This document shows positions 1 to 8,982 of a stretch of DNA of 64,000 bases, in pieces (within the stretch, counting starts at the first letter, position 1; the number at the start of each line of letters is the position of its first letter). This stretch comes from a virus. Made by a program: the position numbers and the translations under genes. The DNA lies in IMG/VR virus record IMGVR_UViG_3300045741_000389, positions 4,802 through 68,801 of that record, one strand, 5' to 3'. The notes under the pieces were generated by a model. It did no database searches and was not told the DNA's origin. It worked only from the letters and a program-made list of their open reading frames with translations.

Positions 1-2
1 CC

Positions 3-407
3 AACACGAACCTCCAGGCGGGTTCGATGGCCAACGCGGGCGCGCAGATCGGCTCGGCTGCTTCCGACCAGGCCGCACAACGCTACGGCGCACTGGGGCA
101 GCTCGGACAGCAGCTCGGCTACCAGGATGCCGGCGCGCTGGGTACGATCGGCGGCCAGCAGCAGCAGCTTGGGCAGCAGGGTCTGGACATCGGCTACCAG
201 AACTTCCTCACACAGCAGGGGTGGAACTGGAATACACTCAACAACCTCAACTCGGTGCTGCGCGGTATGCAGCTACCCACCTCGCAGACTCAGGTCAGCA
301 ACAATCCGTACGGCAATGTAGGTACTTCGCCGCTGCAGTGGGCTGGCGCTCTGCTCGGGGCAGGTACCGCCAACACCCAGCCGGCCACGCAACGTACGGG
401 TCCGTAA
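3..407 (+). CDS. Virion/ejection-type protein, 3' part (open at window start)
   Basis: Frame is open from position 3. Gln/Gly/Ala-rich text (QQQQQLGQQGLDIGYQNFL..Q) is typical of podophage pilot/ejection proteins. Followed by an AGGAG RBS for the next gene. Confidence 0.6.
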   Translation, partial: NTNLQAGSMANAGAQIGSAASDQAAQRYGALGQLGQQLGYQDAGALGTIGGQQQQLGQQGLDIGYQNFLTQQGWNWNTLNNLNSVLRGMQLPTSQTQVSNNPYGNVGTSPLQWAGALLGAGTANTQPATQRTGP

Positions 408-419
408 GGAGACAGCAGC

Positions 420-1952
420 ATGGCGCTCGAGGATCTCAGCCTCAGCAACGAGCGGTCACAAGACCCCACTCAGGCCAGTGGGCTGGCTTCGCTGCGCGAA
501 CTGGCCTACAGCGGGAAGCTGCCGCAGATGTCGCTCAGCATGCTCCCGCAGAACATCGTCGACCCGGCTGCCAAGTGGGAAGGGTTTGCGGCCGGCGCGC
601 TGAGGCCGGCCACGGGCGGGTTCGGTGAGGCGATGAGCAATGCGTTCGGCGCACTGGCCGAGGGCCGCAATCGCGAAGCAGAGCTTCAGGCCAAGTACCT
701 GCCGCTGGTTGCCCAGGCGCTGCTGCAGCGTCAGCTTCAGGCGGCGCATATTGCGCAGATGCAGTGGAAGTTGTCCGGCGAGTTCGATCAGTCCGGTGTC
801 TCCGCGCTGACTCCTCTGCTGACCAAGGAGGGAGACATCACCGGTGCTGACGTGGCCCAGGCGCTGGGCGGTGCGGTGCAGCGCGGACTGATTCCACCCG
901 AGAGCGCACGCCAGCTCTACGCTACTCTTCCGACCACAGACCCCAACGCGCTCCGCGATGCACTCAACCGACTGACTATCGGCAAGCTCGACTCTGCCGG
1001 TCAGCGCGGCGCAGTGACGCCCAAGGTCAGCCTCGAGGACACAGGTGAAGTCAAGCAGCCCATCGCGACGCCGCCGGGCCAGCCCGGCCAGAGCGGCCCT
1101 GTCGGCGCGGCGATACCTAAGCGCCTCACCCCAGGCGAGGTACTGGGCGCCAAGAAAGTGGAGAAGGATCAGGCTGGCAACCCGGTGGTGGTCGACACAC
1201 TCAAGGGTACGCAGGGCTTCCCCAGCCCGACGTCCGACGCCCCACCGCGCCAGACCGTGGCTGGCGGTCAGTTCGCCAAGGAGGAGGGTCAGCGCTACTC
1301 GAAGTACGCGACCGAGCTGGGCAGCCAGCTCTCCGCCATGCGGGGCATGCAGCAGCGAATCGGAGAGATGCGGCAGTACGCCACCACCTTCCAGCCCGGC
1401 GCCACCGCCGAGGCGCGGCTGCAACTGGGCCGCTGGGTCAAGGATGTGGGTGTGACCGTGGGGTTGTCACCCGAGCAGGCGGACGCTATCGGGCAGAAGA
1501 TCGCTGGCGGTGACATCAGCAGCGCGCAAGCGTTCAAGAAGCTGGCCGCCCAGGGCGCCATGGAAGCGCTCAAGTCGGCGATGCAAACGGGCTCCGGTGC
1601 CGGCGCCGGCCGGATCACACAGGCCGAGTTCGCCATCTTCCTGCGCAACAACCCGGACATCGCGAGCGACCCGCAAGCGCTCGACAAGATGTTCAACTTC
1701 ATCACGAAACAGTACCAGACAACCTCGGTCGAACAGCACGAGTTCAGCCAGTACGTCAAAGAGCGCAACGGCGACCCCACAGGCTGGGACGCGGCGTGGG
1801 ACCAGCGCGCCAAGGAGCTGGGTTTCGTAGCGCCGGCCAAGGAAGACCGCACCGCCAAGGGCTCGCCCGGCAAGCCTTCCAAGACGCCGATCGGCACCAG
1901 CGCCAGTGGCAGGCGAATGAAGCTCACGAACGAAGGGTGGGTGTATGAGTAA
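420..1952 (+). CDS. Putative internal virion (ejectosome) protein
   Basis: 510 aa, helical and Ala/Gln-rich, with a strong RBS. Position at the end of the structural arm. Confidence 0.55.
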   Translation: MALEDLSLSNERSQDPTQASGLASLRELAYSGKLPQMSLSMLPQNIVDPAAKWEGFAAGALRPATGGFGEAMSNAFGALAEGRNREAELQAKYLPLVAQALLQRQLQAAHIAQMQWKLSGEFDQSGVSALTPLLTKEGDITGADVAQALGGAVQRGLIPPESARQLYATLPTTDPNALRDALNRLTIGKLDSAGQRGAVTPKVSLEDTGEVKQPIATPPGQPGQSGPVGAAIPKRLTPGEVLGAKKVEKDQAGNPVVVDTLKGTQGFPSPTSDAPPRQTVAGGQFAKEEGQRYSKYATELGSQLSAMRGMQQRIGEMRQYATTFQPGATAEARLQLGRWVKDVGVTVGLSPEQADAIGQKIAGGDISSAQAFKKLAAQGAMEALKSAMQTGSGAGAGRITQAEFAIFLRNNPDIASDPQALDKMFNFITKQYQTTSVEQHEFSQYVKERNGDPTGWDAAWDQRAKELGFVAPAKEDRTAKGSPGKPSKTPIGTSASGRRMKLTNEGWVYE

Positions 1953-3873
1953 CAAGCTGGTCCCACTCGAGGATCTACCGCCCGAAGCCCGGGTGCAGGT
2001 CACCCCAGATCACCCCGCGTTCAAGCTGTACGCCGCGCAGGTTGAGCAGCAAGCAGGGCTCGAGCCCGGCACGCTGACAGACCCCCGAAGTGCGGTATTC
2101 AAGTTCAAACCCGGCACTGACATCATCGGAATGCTGCCGGCCATCGCGGCCGAGGCCAAGCAGAGTGGCCAACAACCCACCGGCGCAGGGGCGGGGCGTG
2201 GCACCGTCAATCCTCCTGCGGTAACACCCACCGATCCGCGCGCTGCTGCCAACGCACAGCTGCTCGATGAGGCTGGTCCCGTCGGGCGCTACATGATCGG
2301 CCTCGGCAAGACGCTGACGGACCCCTACCACGGCATTCGGCAGCGGCTGAACATGGAGTCTTCTGCGGATGCTGACGAGCGTGCGGCGCGTGATCAGGCT
2401 ATCGACAATACCACCGGCGGGTCTTTCGGCGAGCTCAGCGGCAGTGCGGCGCAGATGGCGCTCATTAGCCGGCTGCTCGGCCGCGCAGCCACTCCGACCA
2501 AGCCCGGCTTCGGCATCAAAAATCAATACGTCAATGCTGGGACAACTGGTGGGCTCTACGGGTTGGCTCAGCCAACGGAGACCGGCACGAGCCCTCTGAC
2601 GGTCTCGGGCATCAACGCACTGGCGGGCGCTGGCGGCCAGCTCGCGGCGCAAGGCATCGGCACACTGGTGCGGCCGGCCACGGCCTACGCTTCCAACGCG
2701 ATTAAGGCGCTGGCCGACAAAGCCGAGCAGTACGGCATTCCGCTCCGCGCCGCCGACATCAGCCCCAGCCTGACACTGGCAGGCCTGCAGAAGGTTTTCG
2801 ACTACCTACCGTTCAGCGGGGGCACCACTCAGCGCGCCGAGGCGAGCAAAGGGTTCAACAAGGCGCTGGCCAAGACGATGGGCGAGGACTCGGACGACCT
2901 CCTCGCTGCGCTGCGCAATGCCCGCACTCGAAACAGCGCCACCTACGACGACCTGGCTTCGCGCAACACGATTCAGATGGCTCCCGGAGAAGCGCAGGAC
3001 CTGATTCGTGCGCGGGACCTCTACGCTCGCTCGGACACTTCGCCCAAACGTTCGACCACCAAGGGGCTGACCAACTACCTGAACAACCTGTTCGACCCCA
3101 CCAACGGCCACGGCGCGCTGGATCCGAAGACCGGTTTCTTCAACATCACCGGAGCCAAGTACAAGGAGCTGCGCTCCGAGGCAGGGCAGTTGGCCAAGAA
3201 GGCCGCAGCCGACAACGACGGAAAATTGGCCAGCTTCTACGGCAAGGTCAAAGAAACGCTTGACGAGTCCATGCGCCGCTCGCCCGGCGTCAGCGCGGAG
3301 GACAAGGCGGCCTACGCCACTGCCGACAAGCAGTGGGGCAACATGCGCACGCTCGAGAACCTGGCGCCCAAGGACGCCAGCGGAGACCTGGACTTCGGAA
3401 AGCTCGCCAGCGTGCTGATGGGTAAGTCGGCCGGCAACGTGTACAACCGGAATGCGATGATCTACGGCACGGGAGACCAGACGTTGCCCGAGATCGCCCG
3501 CGTTGGCACCACGTTCTTGAACCGGGGCACTCAACCCAAGTGGTCTCAGTACACGCGGAAGGCCGGCGAGCTGGCCCCGAAGGTGATTGCCCCGCCGGCC
3601 CTCGCAGGCGGCCTCTACGCGCTCAACGCACAGGACCACGAGCACGGCAGCGGGGATCCGATGACCGAGACGCTCAGCGAGCTGGGCGCACTGAGTGTCG
3701 CCTCGGCGCTGGGCGGCCGAGCACTGAACAGCCAGTGGTTCCGGCGAGGCGCCCCAGCTTACGTCAACAACGCCGCTGCGCTCGCCGAGCGCAACCTGGG
3801 CGCGCGGTTCCTGCCGGCCGCACTGTTCGACGAGAAGCTCGCCTCCACCCCAGGGACACCGGAGGGTAAGTGA
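1945..3873 (+). CDS. Putative DNA ejection/transfer protein
   Basis: 642 aa, overlaps the upstream stop. Gly/Ala-rich hydrophobic stretches resemble P22 gp16/gp20-class ejection proteins. Confidence 0.55.
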   Translation: MSNKLVPLEDLPPEARVQVTPDHPAFKLYAAQVEQQAGLEPGTLTDPRSAVFKFKPGTDIIGMLPAIAAEAKQSGQQPTGAGAGRGTVNPPAVTPTDPRAAANAQLLDEAGPVGRYMIGLGKTLTDPYHGIRQRLNMESSADADERAARDQAIDNTTGGSFGELSGSAAQMALISRLLGRAATPTKPGFGIKNQYVNAGTTGGLYGLAQPTETGTSPLTVSGINALAGAGGQLAAQGIGTLVRPATAYASNAIKALADKAEQYGIPLRAADISPSLTLAGLQKVFDYLPFSGGTTQRAEASKGFNKALAKTMGEDSDDLLAALRNARTRNSATYDDLASRNTIQMAPGEAQDLIRARDLYARSDTSPKRSTTKGLTNYLNNLFDPTNGHGALDPKTGFFNITGAKYKELRSEAGQLAKKAAADNDGKLASFYGKVKETLDESMRRSPGVSAEDKAAYATADKQWGNMRTLENLAPKDASGDLDFGKLASVLMGKSAGNVYNRNAMIYGTGDQTLPEIARVGTTFLNRGTQPKWSQYTRKAGELAPKVIAPPALAGGLYALNAQDHEHGSGDPMTETLSELGALSVASALGGRALNSQWFRRGAPAYVNNAAALAERNLGARFLPAALFDEKLASTPGTPEGK

Positions 3874-4931
3874 GCGCGCTCGAAGCCCTGGCCGCTGCGC
3901 TCGAGGAGCTGAGCGCCAAGACCGCCAGCAAGGCGGAGTTTGTCCCCGCTGCGCGGCGAGTGGGCGAGGTGTTCAGTCAAGCGGCCAAGGATCGGCCGGA
4001 CATGTTCCTCCGTGGCCCAGGCTTCGCTGACAGCCCGGCCGGGCTGAGCAAACAGTTCGGCACCAGCGGGCCACTGAACTATGCCAGCAAAGATCCGATG
4101 GACGAGCAGCTCTACCACTACTTCGTCAATTCGGATCCTCAGGCTGTGAGCCGACCGGATCGCTCTTCGTTGTGGGGCATTATCCACTCTGGCCCCAGTA
4201 TGCTGAAGATGGCCGGGAACGGCACAGCCCCCAGCAGCGTCATTCAGGCCGCGATGTCCAAGCGTAACCCGCTGCGACCGACCGGGGAGTACCACAGCTG
4301 GGACACGATGAGCGCCAACCGCAGCTCAGGAGAGGGCACGAAGCTCTACGCGACTGCGTTCGGTCACCTGGCCAACAACCCAGACGCTTACAACTTCACC
4401 GACGGTCTGAGCGCGATCAATCGCTATCGCCGAAACCTGAACATGGCCAGCGCAATCGAGAGGGATCCCAGCCTGGCCGACCGCATTGTCATGTCTTCCA
4501 GCCAGCTGAACAAGGGGCCTCATGACTTCAATGTGCGAGACTACCACGACATGGCGCCGGAGGAGAAGCTCGGGGCGCTGCACCTCCTGGGCGCCCAGCA
4601 GGCGATCGACGGCATGATCTCCGGAGTGCGCAGCGCGAAGGGTGCCGCCGTCAACCCGATGCTGTCTCGCTCGGCGAGACACGATGCAGAGCGCACCGCC
4701 AACGCGCTGGACTTCATCGCACCGTATGCCATGAAGCCCGAGGCAACGCCCAGCACGCTCGGTGCGATGTTCGATGCCTACCGACGCGCGCCGATGGCAC
4801 CAGACAACCCCGTGGGCGTGAACACCTTGCGCAAGCAGGCGCTGGTGCGGCAGATACTCCAAGGCGCTAAGTTCGACGACCTTGGAGAGATGTTCACTGG
4901 GCTTGAGTATCGACGAGGTGGCCGCGTCTAG
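3870..4931 (+). CDS. Hypothetical protein ending in YRRGGRV motif
   Basis: GTGA overlap with the previous stop; 353 aa; last gene of the + arm. Confidence 0.7.
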   Translation: MSALEALAAALEELSAKTASKAEFVPAARRVGEVFSQAAKDRPDMFLRGPGFADSPAGLSKQFGTSGPLNYASKDPMDEQLYHYFVNSDPQAVSRPDRSSLWGIIHSGPSMLKMAGNGTAPSSVIQAAMSKRNPLRPTGEYHSWDTMSANRSSGEGTKLYATAFGHLANNPDAYNFTDGLSAINRYRRNLNMASAIERDPSLADRIVMSSSQLNKGPHDFNVRDYHDMAPEEKLGALHLLGAQQAIDGMISGVRSAKGAAVNPMLSRSARHDAERTANALDFIAPYAMKPEATPSTLGAMFDAYRRAPMAPDNPVGVNTLRKQALVRQILQGAKFDDLGEMFTGLEYRRGGRV

Positions 4932-5341
4932 AGGATGCGCCCGCGCGGCAACGAGTTGATGAACTCGTCGAGGTTGGAGATGAATTTCTGGATCGCCTCT
5001 CCCGTGCGCATCGCGAACGCCGCGCGCAGCAGCCGGCGCTCGTCGCGGTCGAAGTTGCCGTCGCAGCAGAAGCGGAGCACGAAACCTTCCTCGTAGTCCG
5101 TCAGCGCGTCGCCGAGCGGAGCGAACTTGTCGGTCAGCTCTCCCATCTTCGCGGCGTAGTGCCGCGCCTTCAGCAGGTCTTCCACGCCGTTCTTGGCGCG
5201 CCAGCGGCTGAGGTACTTGGTGACCTGGCCGACGAAGTAGTTGTTACCGGTCCGGGCGACGACATCCCAGTGCTGGAGGTCTTCGCTCTTGTAGTGGGTG
5301 CCACCCACTTGGTATTCGTTGGCGCTACGGGATTCTGTCAT
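4928..5341 (-). CDS. DUF3310-family protein (nucleotide kinase-like)
   Basis: ANEYQVGGTHYK, KYLSRWRAKNGVEDLLKARHY signature; start trimmed to MTESRS. Confidence 0.75.
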   Translation of the reverse strand: MTESRSANEYQVGGTHYKSEDLQHWDVVARTGNNYFVGQVTKYLSRWRAKNGVEDLLKARHYAAKMGELTDKFAPLGDALTDYEEGFVLRFCCDGNFDRDERRLLRAAFAMRTGEAIQKFISNLDEFINSLPRGRIL

Positions 5342-5843
5342 AGAGATCCTTGAGGTGTTGAACGAGGAATGGAGTGGCGAGCGGCTTGTCCGGCAGCTCT
5401 TCGATGTACTCGAGATAGCGGTTGAAGGCGCCCTCCAGCAGTTGGTTGCCCTGCAGACGCTCGGCGTAGCAGTAGTAGGCGCCACTGAGCCGGTCGGCGA
5501 CGTCGAGGACGAGGGCTTCCCACGGAGACAGCTGCACCACAGGCAGACCCGTGTGGGCGAGCAAGGAGTCTTGCTCCAGCTGCTCGAGACGGTCGTTCAG
5601 CTCCTTCGAAGCGCGCTTGACGGGGGAGGGGACATCTCCCGTCCAGCGCTCGCCCATGTCGTGCTGGAGCGCGGCGAGCATTAGCTCCTTTCGGACGTTG
5701 CCGCCCATCAGCATGTAGCACAGCAGCGCCACCTGCCACGAGTGGGCGGCAACGTCCTGTCGGTTGATCACCTTTCGGGTGTGGAAGCGCACGGTGTCGC
5801 CGGTGCTGAGCGCTTCGAGCATCTGCTTCGGAGTGAACTTCAC
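5325..5843 (-). CDS. HD-domain hydrolase (YfbR-like 5'-deoxynucleotidase / dNTP pool editing)
   Basis: RFH..QDVAAHSWQV, ALQHDMGE..TGDVPSPVK, ADRL motifs; GTG start overlaps the stop of the upstream gene. Confidence 0.8.
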   Translation of the reverse strand: MKFTPKQMLEALSTGDTVRFHTRKVINRQDVAAHSWQVALLCYMLMGGNVRKELMLAALQHDMGERWTGDVPSPVKRASKELNDRLEQLEQDSLLAHTGLPVVQLSPWEALVLDVADRLSGAYYCYAERLQGNQLLEGAFNRYLEYIEELPDKPLATPFLVQHLKDLYDRIP

Positions 5844-6856
5844 TTGGCCTTCTCCGCGCGGCGCTGGAGCCACTCGAGCGCCGCCACTGCCCAGTCGTTC
5901 TTGAAATCTAGTCTGGAGCTGTGAAAGTAGACCAAAGCGTCGGCAGGGCCATTCTTTTTATACAAAGAATGAACCTCGCACAGTGGGGCTGCTACATCAC
6001 GCAAAAATCCTGCGGTTGTTGGAAAGACTCCTCCGTCACAGGAGACGAAGGTGGACACCTCAGCCAGCCACTGCCGCCAAGGAACGCCACCGCACAGCGG
6101 CTCGACCTTCGCGCCGAAAGGGTAGCGATCGTCGGTGAGCATGCCCTGCGGCATCGTGCACAGCTTCACCACATCCGCGCGCTCGGAGTAGATGTGGAAG
6201 TTGTTACTCACCTGAAACATGCGTCCCGCCGGCACGCCGATGGCGTAGGCCACGAACTCGAGCAGGAAGGCGAAATGCGCCGCGTTCGCCCCGTAGGCAC
6301 CCCACACCACATCGTTGCTGCGGCACAGCACCGTCATGTCCAGTGCGCCGTTCGTGATGCCGAAGTAGATGTGCGTGTTGCACGGGACATCCTTGGATTG
6401 TGGGCCGCCGTCGGCGCCCAGCGACACCAGGTCACCCAGCGGAGCCCACATGTTGAGCACTGCGCGCCGCGTGTTGGGCGAAGCGCGCAGCAGCTCGACC
6501 ACCTCGATGAGCTGGTCGGTGCCGAAGAAGCGGCGCCACCTGTAGCCGTAGGCTCCCCACTGCGTCTTGCCGTCGTCAGAGAACTCGGCCATACGGCTGA
6601 CGAACGGTGTGAGCTTCGAGATGTCGTTGCTGCCGGCCAGCATCCACAGCCCCTCGAACATGTGGAAGAACGGGTTGGCGTCCCTGTGCTTGGAGAACAG
6701 CACGCGCTCCAGCGGCCGGCTGTAAACAGTCGTTACAGGCTCCGGCGCGCGCAGCACCGGGCCGTTGCGGCTGTCCTCCTTGATGCCACTCTGCGCCAGG
6801 AGTGCGAGGCCCTGAGGGAGTGCGTGGTTGACGTTGCGGACACGAATGACTTGCAT
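5840..6856 (-). CDS. Thymidylate synthase homologue, probable dUMP hydroxymethylase
   Basis: DVPCN catalytic Cys, CRSNDVVWG..AN (Asn at the dU-specificity position), NFHIY; sits in a 5-hmdU modification neighbourhood. Confidence 0.88.
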   Translation of the reverse strand: MQVIRVRNVNHALPQGLALLAQSGIKEDSRNGPVLRAPEPVTTVYSRPLERVLFSKHRDANPFFHMFEGLWMLAGSNDISKLTPFVSRMAEFSDDGKTQWGAYGYRWRRFFGTDQLIEVVELLRASPNTRRAVLNMWAPLGDLVSLGADGGPQSKDVPCNTHIYFGITNGALDMTVLCRSNDVVWGAYGANAAHFAFLLEFVAYAIGVPAGRMFQVSNNFHIYSERADVVKLCTMPQGMLTDDRYPFGAKVEPLCGGVPWRQWLAEVSTFVSCDGGVFPTTAGFLRDVAAPLCEVHSLYKKNGPADALVYFHSSRLDFKNDWAVAALEWLQRRAEKAK

Positions 6857-6858
6857 CT

Positions 6859-7764
6859 TCAGACTCCTGGAAAGCGTTGGCGGCTGTAGCCGCGAATGTA
6901 CTTACTAAACTCGCAGAGGCAGTTCTGTAAGTTTTGCGCGTCGAGCGGTTGCCACCCGGGCGGCAGCACACCGTTGATCTCTTCTCGGAGCCACTGCAGC
7001 TCAGCGAGCCACTGGTGCGCTCGCCACCTCTGCTCCGCTGGCAGCCCCTTCACCAGGCTGAGCCCACGAAGCGAGCCCGGCCCTGGAGCGGCCCAGGTGT
7101 GAAAGTCGGGCGTCGACCCCATGAACCACTTAACGTCGGCCACTACCTGAGCAGCCATGAAGGAGCCCAGCCCCTTCTGGTTCATCAATCTGTCGTGGAA
7201 GTGTTCAAGTAGTTCACCACGCCGAGCGCGCAGCAGTTCGCGCTGCTTCCACGCAGGGGAGAAGACGTACTTGGAGAGGTAGGCTGCTTTCGACAACCCC
7301 TTGCCGCCTGGGATCGTCTGGTTGATCATGTAGGCGGAGCTGAACACCTTGGGGAGTTGCTCCGCCACCCACTCCATGTCTTTGTTGAAGTCTTCGGCGT
7401 TCCACGGCAGCGGCAGCCCAATCTGCTCCAGCGTGGTGTGCAGGTTGATGTGTCGAGCCACAAAGCTGAGGAACCAGAGATCTTCCTCCGCAGCGTTGGG
7501 AGCGAGCCAGTTGTCGAACAGCCACTCCGTCTCGCGGTCCAGCTCGCGATAGACGTTAGTGAACCGATAGCTCTGCAGCATCGCGTCCTCGGTCCAGGGC
7601 TTGGGCAGCCCGGCCGCACGGCGGAGGTAGACGTTGTGCCGCTCGACGATAAAGTCGCGCAGCCGCTGCCACTCAGGGAAGAGTTTTCTCCCAGCGGGTG
7701 TAAGGGCGGGGAGCTTTCTGCCCGTAAACACCTTCGCCGACTTTGCGATAACCGCAGGATGCAT
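6859..7764 (-). CDS. 5-hmdU DNA kinase helical domain (aGPT-Pplase1 family)
   Basis: ERHNVYLRR..PWTED..LQSYRFTNVYRELDRET, GLGSFMAAQVVAD, GPGSLRGL, QNCLCEFSKY. True start is uncertain because of a 92-nt overlap with the GNAT. Confidence 0.82.
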   Translation of the reverse strand: MHPAVIAKSAKVFTGRKLPALTPAGRKLFPEWQRLRDFIVERHNVYLRRAAGLPKPWTEDAMLQSYRFTNVYRELDRETEWLFDNWLAPNAAEEDLWFLSFVARHINLHTTLEQIGLPLPWNAEDFNKDMEWVAEQLPKVFSSAYMINQTIPGGKGLSKAAYLSKYVFSPAWKQRELLRARRGELLEHFHDRLMNQKGLGSFMAAQVVADVKWFMGSTPDFHTWAAPGPGSLRGLSLVKGLPAEQRWRAHQWLAELQWLREEINGVLPPGWQPLDAQNLQNCLCEFSKYIRGYSRQRFPGV

Positions 7765-8140
7765 AGAATTTCATTCCCTCTTCGTTGGAGTGCTCGCAGC
7801 TGAGCTGGATGCGCTTGTGAGGGGAGCTTGCCAGCGCCCAGGCCAGCAGTTTGGCGCCGATCCCGAGACCATGCCAAGCCGAGGCCACACCCATGTAGTG
7901 GATGACCGAGTAGGGCCGGCTCTTCAGGCGCAGATGCTTGACGTAGACGAAGCCGACGACGCGACCCAGCTCGAGCGCCACCCCCACCTCACCCTTCTTG
8001 TAGGTCTCGCGGATGGAGTCGCGGAAGAAGCGGTGGCTGGTGAAGTCGCGAGTGTAGCGCGACTGCCGGGCGATCTCGCAGATCGCAAGGTCGTGCTCGT
8101 TGTAGTCAGCCTTCTCGATTCGTAGGCGGCTCTTACCCAT
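7673..8140 (-). CDS. GNAT acetyltransferase (candidate DNA aminomethyl-dU acetylase)
   Basis: MGVASAWHGLGIGAKLL (motif A) and NEEGMKFYASCGY (motif B). Confidence 0.85.
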   Translation of the reverse strand: MGKSRLRIEKADYNEHDLAICEIARQSRYTRDFTSHRFFRDSIRETYKKGEVGVALELGRVVGFVYVKHLRLKSRPYSVIHYMGVASAWHGLGIGAKLLAWALASSPHKRIQLSCEHSNEEGMKFYASCGYRKVGEGVYGQKAPRPYTRWEKTLP

Positions 8141-8750
8141 GCTTGGGCTCCCTCTTGAGCTCGACGCCGAACAGACTGAGCACTTCGCGCACCGGCCGCT
8201 TGTGATTGATCATCACGCACTCGTGGCCGTACTCCTCGGCAATCTTGCGCTGGCTCGCGTGGGCCGCCTTGTACTTCTGCTCGGTGTTGACGGGGTTGAC
8301 TGGCTCCATCACGCCGCGCGCTCGGCGCCGGGCGTTGACGCGCTCCAGGCAGGTCTCGAGCGGAGTGTCGAGGAGGGCGAAGACTACCTTGTGCTTCCAG
8401 GTGTCACGCAGCTCGCCGAGCTTGCGGCCGACGGAACCGTAGCCGCCGCTGATCAGGAGACCTTCGAACAACACATCGCCCAGTCTCGCATACTTGCTGA
8501 TCAGAGGCGGCAGGATGTTCTTGTAGTCGGTGATCGCGTCACAACCGCCGCACGGGGAGGTGTAGGGACCAATGATGAAAAGTGGAGTCAGGAGCCCTGT
8601 GGCTTTGGTGTAGAGCTTGTACACCAGTGGGCGGTTGCCTCGTACTCCGAAGCGCTCGACCACCTCATAGTCATTGTTGGCCAGCAGCCAGTGCACCACC
8701 GTGCTCTTGCCCGCGCCCGAGGTTCCGCGAAGGTTGACGATCGTGCTCAT
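8133..8750 (-). CDS. P-loop kinase, 5-hmdU DNA kinase catalytic subunit
   Basis: IVNLRGTSGAGKST Walker A, GGCD, VLFEG, LDTPLETCLERVNARR; AGGAG upstream of ATG 8750. Confidence 0.82.
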   Translation of the reverse strand: MSTIVNLRGTSGAGKSTVVHWLLANNDYEVVERFGVRGNRPLVYKLYTKATGLLTPLFIIGPYTSPCGGCDAITDYKNILPPLISKYARLGDVLFEGLLISGGYGSVGRKLGELRDTWKHKVVFALLDTPLETCLERVNARRRARGVMEPVNPVNTEQKYKAAHASQRKIAEEYGHECVMINHKRPVREVLSLFGVELKREPKHG

Positions 8751-8982
8751 GCTGCCCTGCTCCTGCAATAATCTGGCAAAGGAACTCCGAAGTGTTCTTG
8801 ACGTTCAGCGCGGAAAGTGCCATGCCGCGCCGCTTATCGACCGCGTCGCGCTTGATGCCGAGCTTGTCGGCAATCTCGTTACTCTCCAGTCCCTCCACCA
8901 CCAGGCGCATCACCACCAGCAGCTTAGGGCTGAGTAGTCCGTGCGTTAAGCGGCGAAACGTGGCTTCGTTCTCGGGGGTCAT
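8671..8982 (-). CDS. Stand-alone LuxR-type helix-turn-helix protein
   Basis: LSPKLLVVMRLVVEGLESNEIADKLGIKRDAVDKRR..ALSALNVKN matches the LuxR C-terminal HTH; ATGA-coupled to the upstream gene. Confidence 0.7.
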   Translation of the reverse strand: MTPENEATFRRLTHGLLSPKLLVVMRLVVEGLESNEIADKLGIKRDAVDKRRGMALSALNVKNTSEFLCQIIAGAGQHEHDRQPSRNLGRGQEHGGALAAGQQ

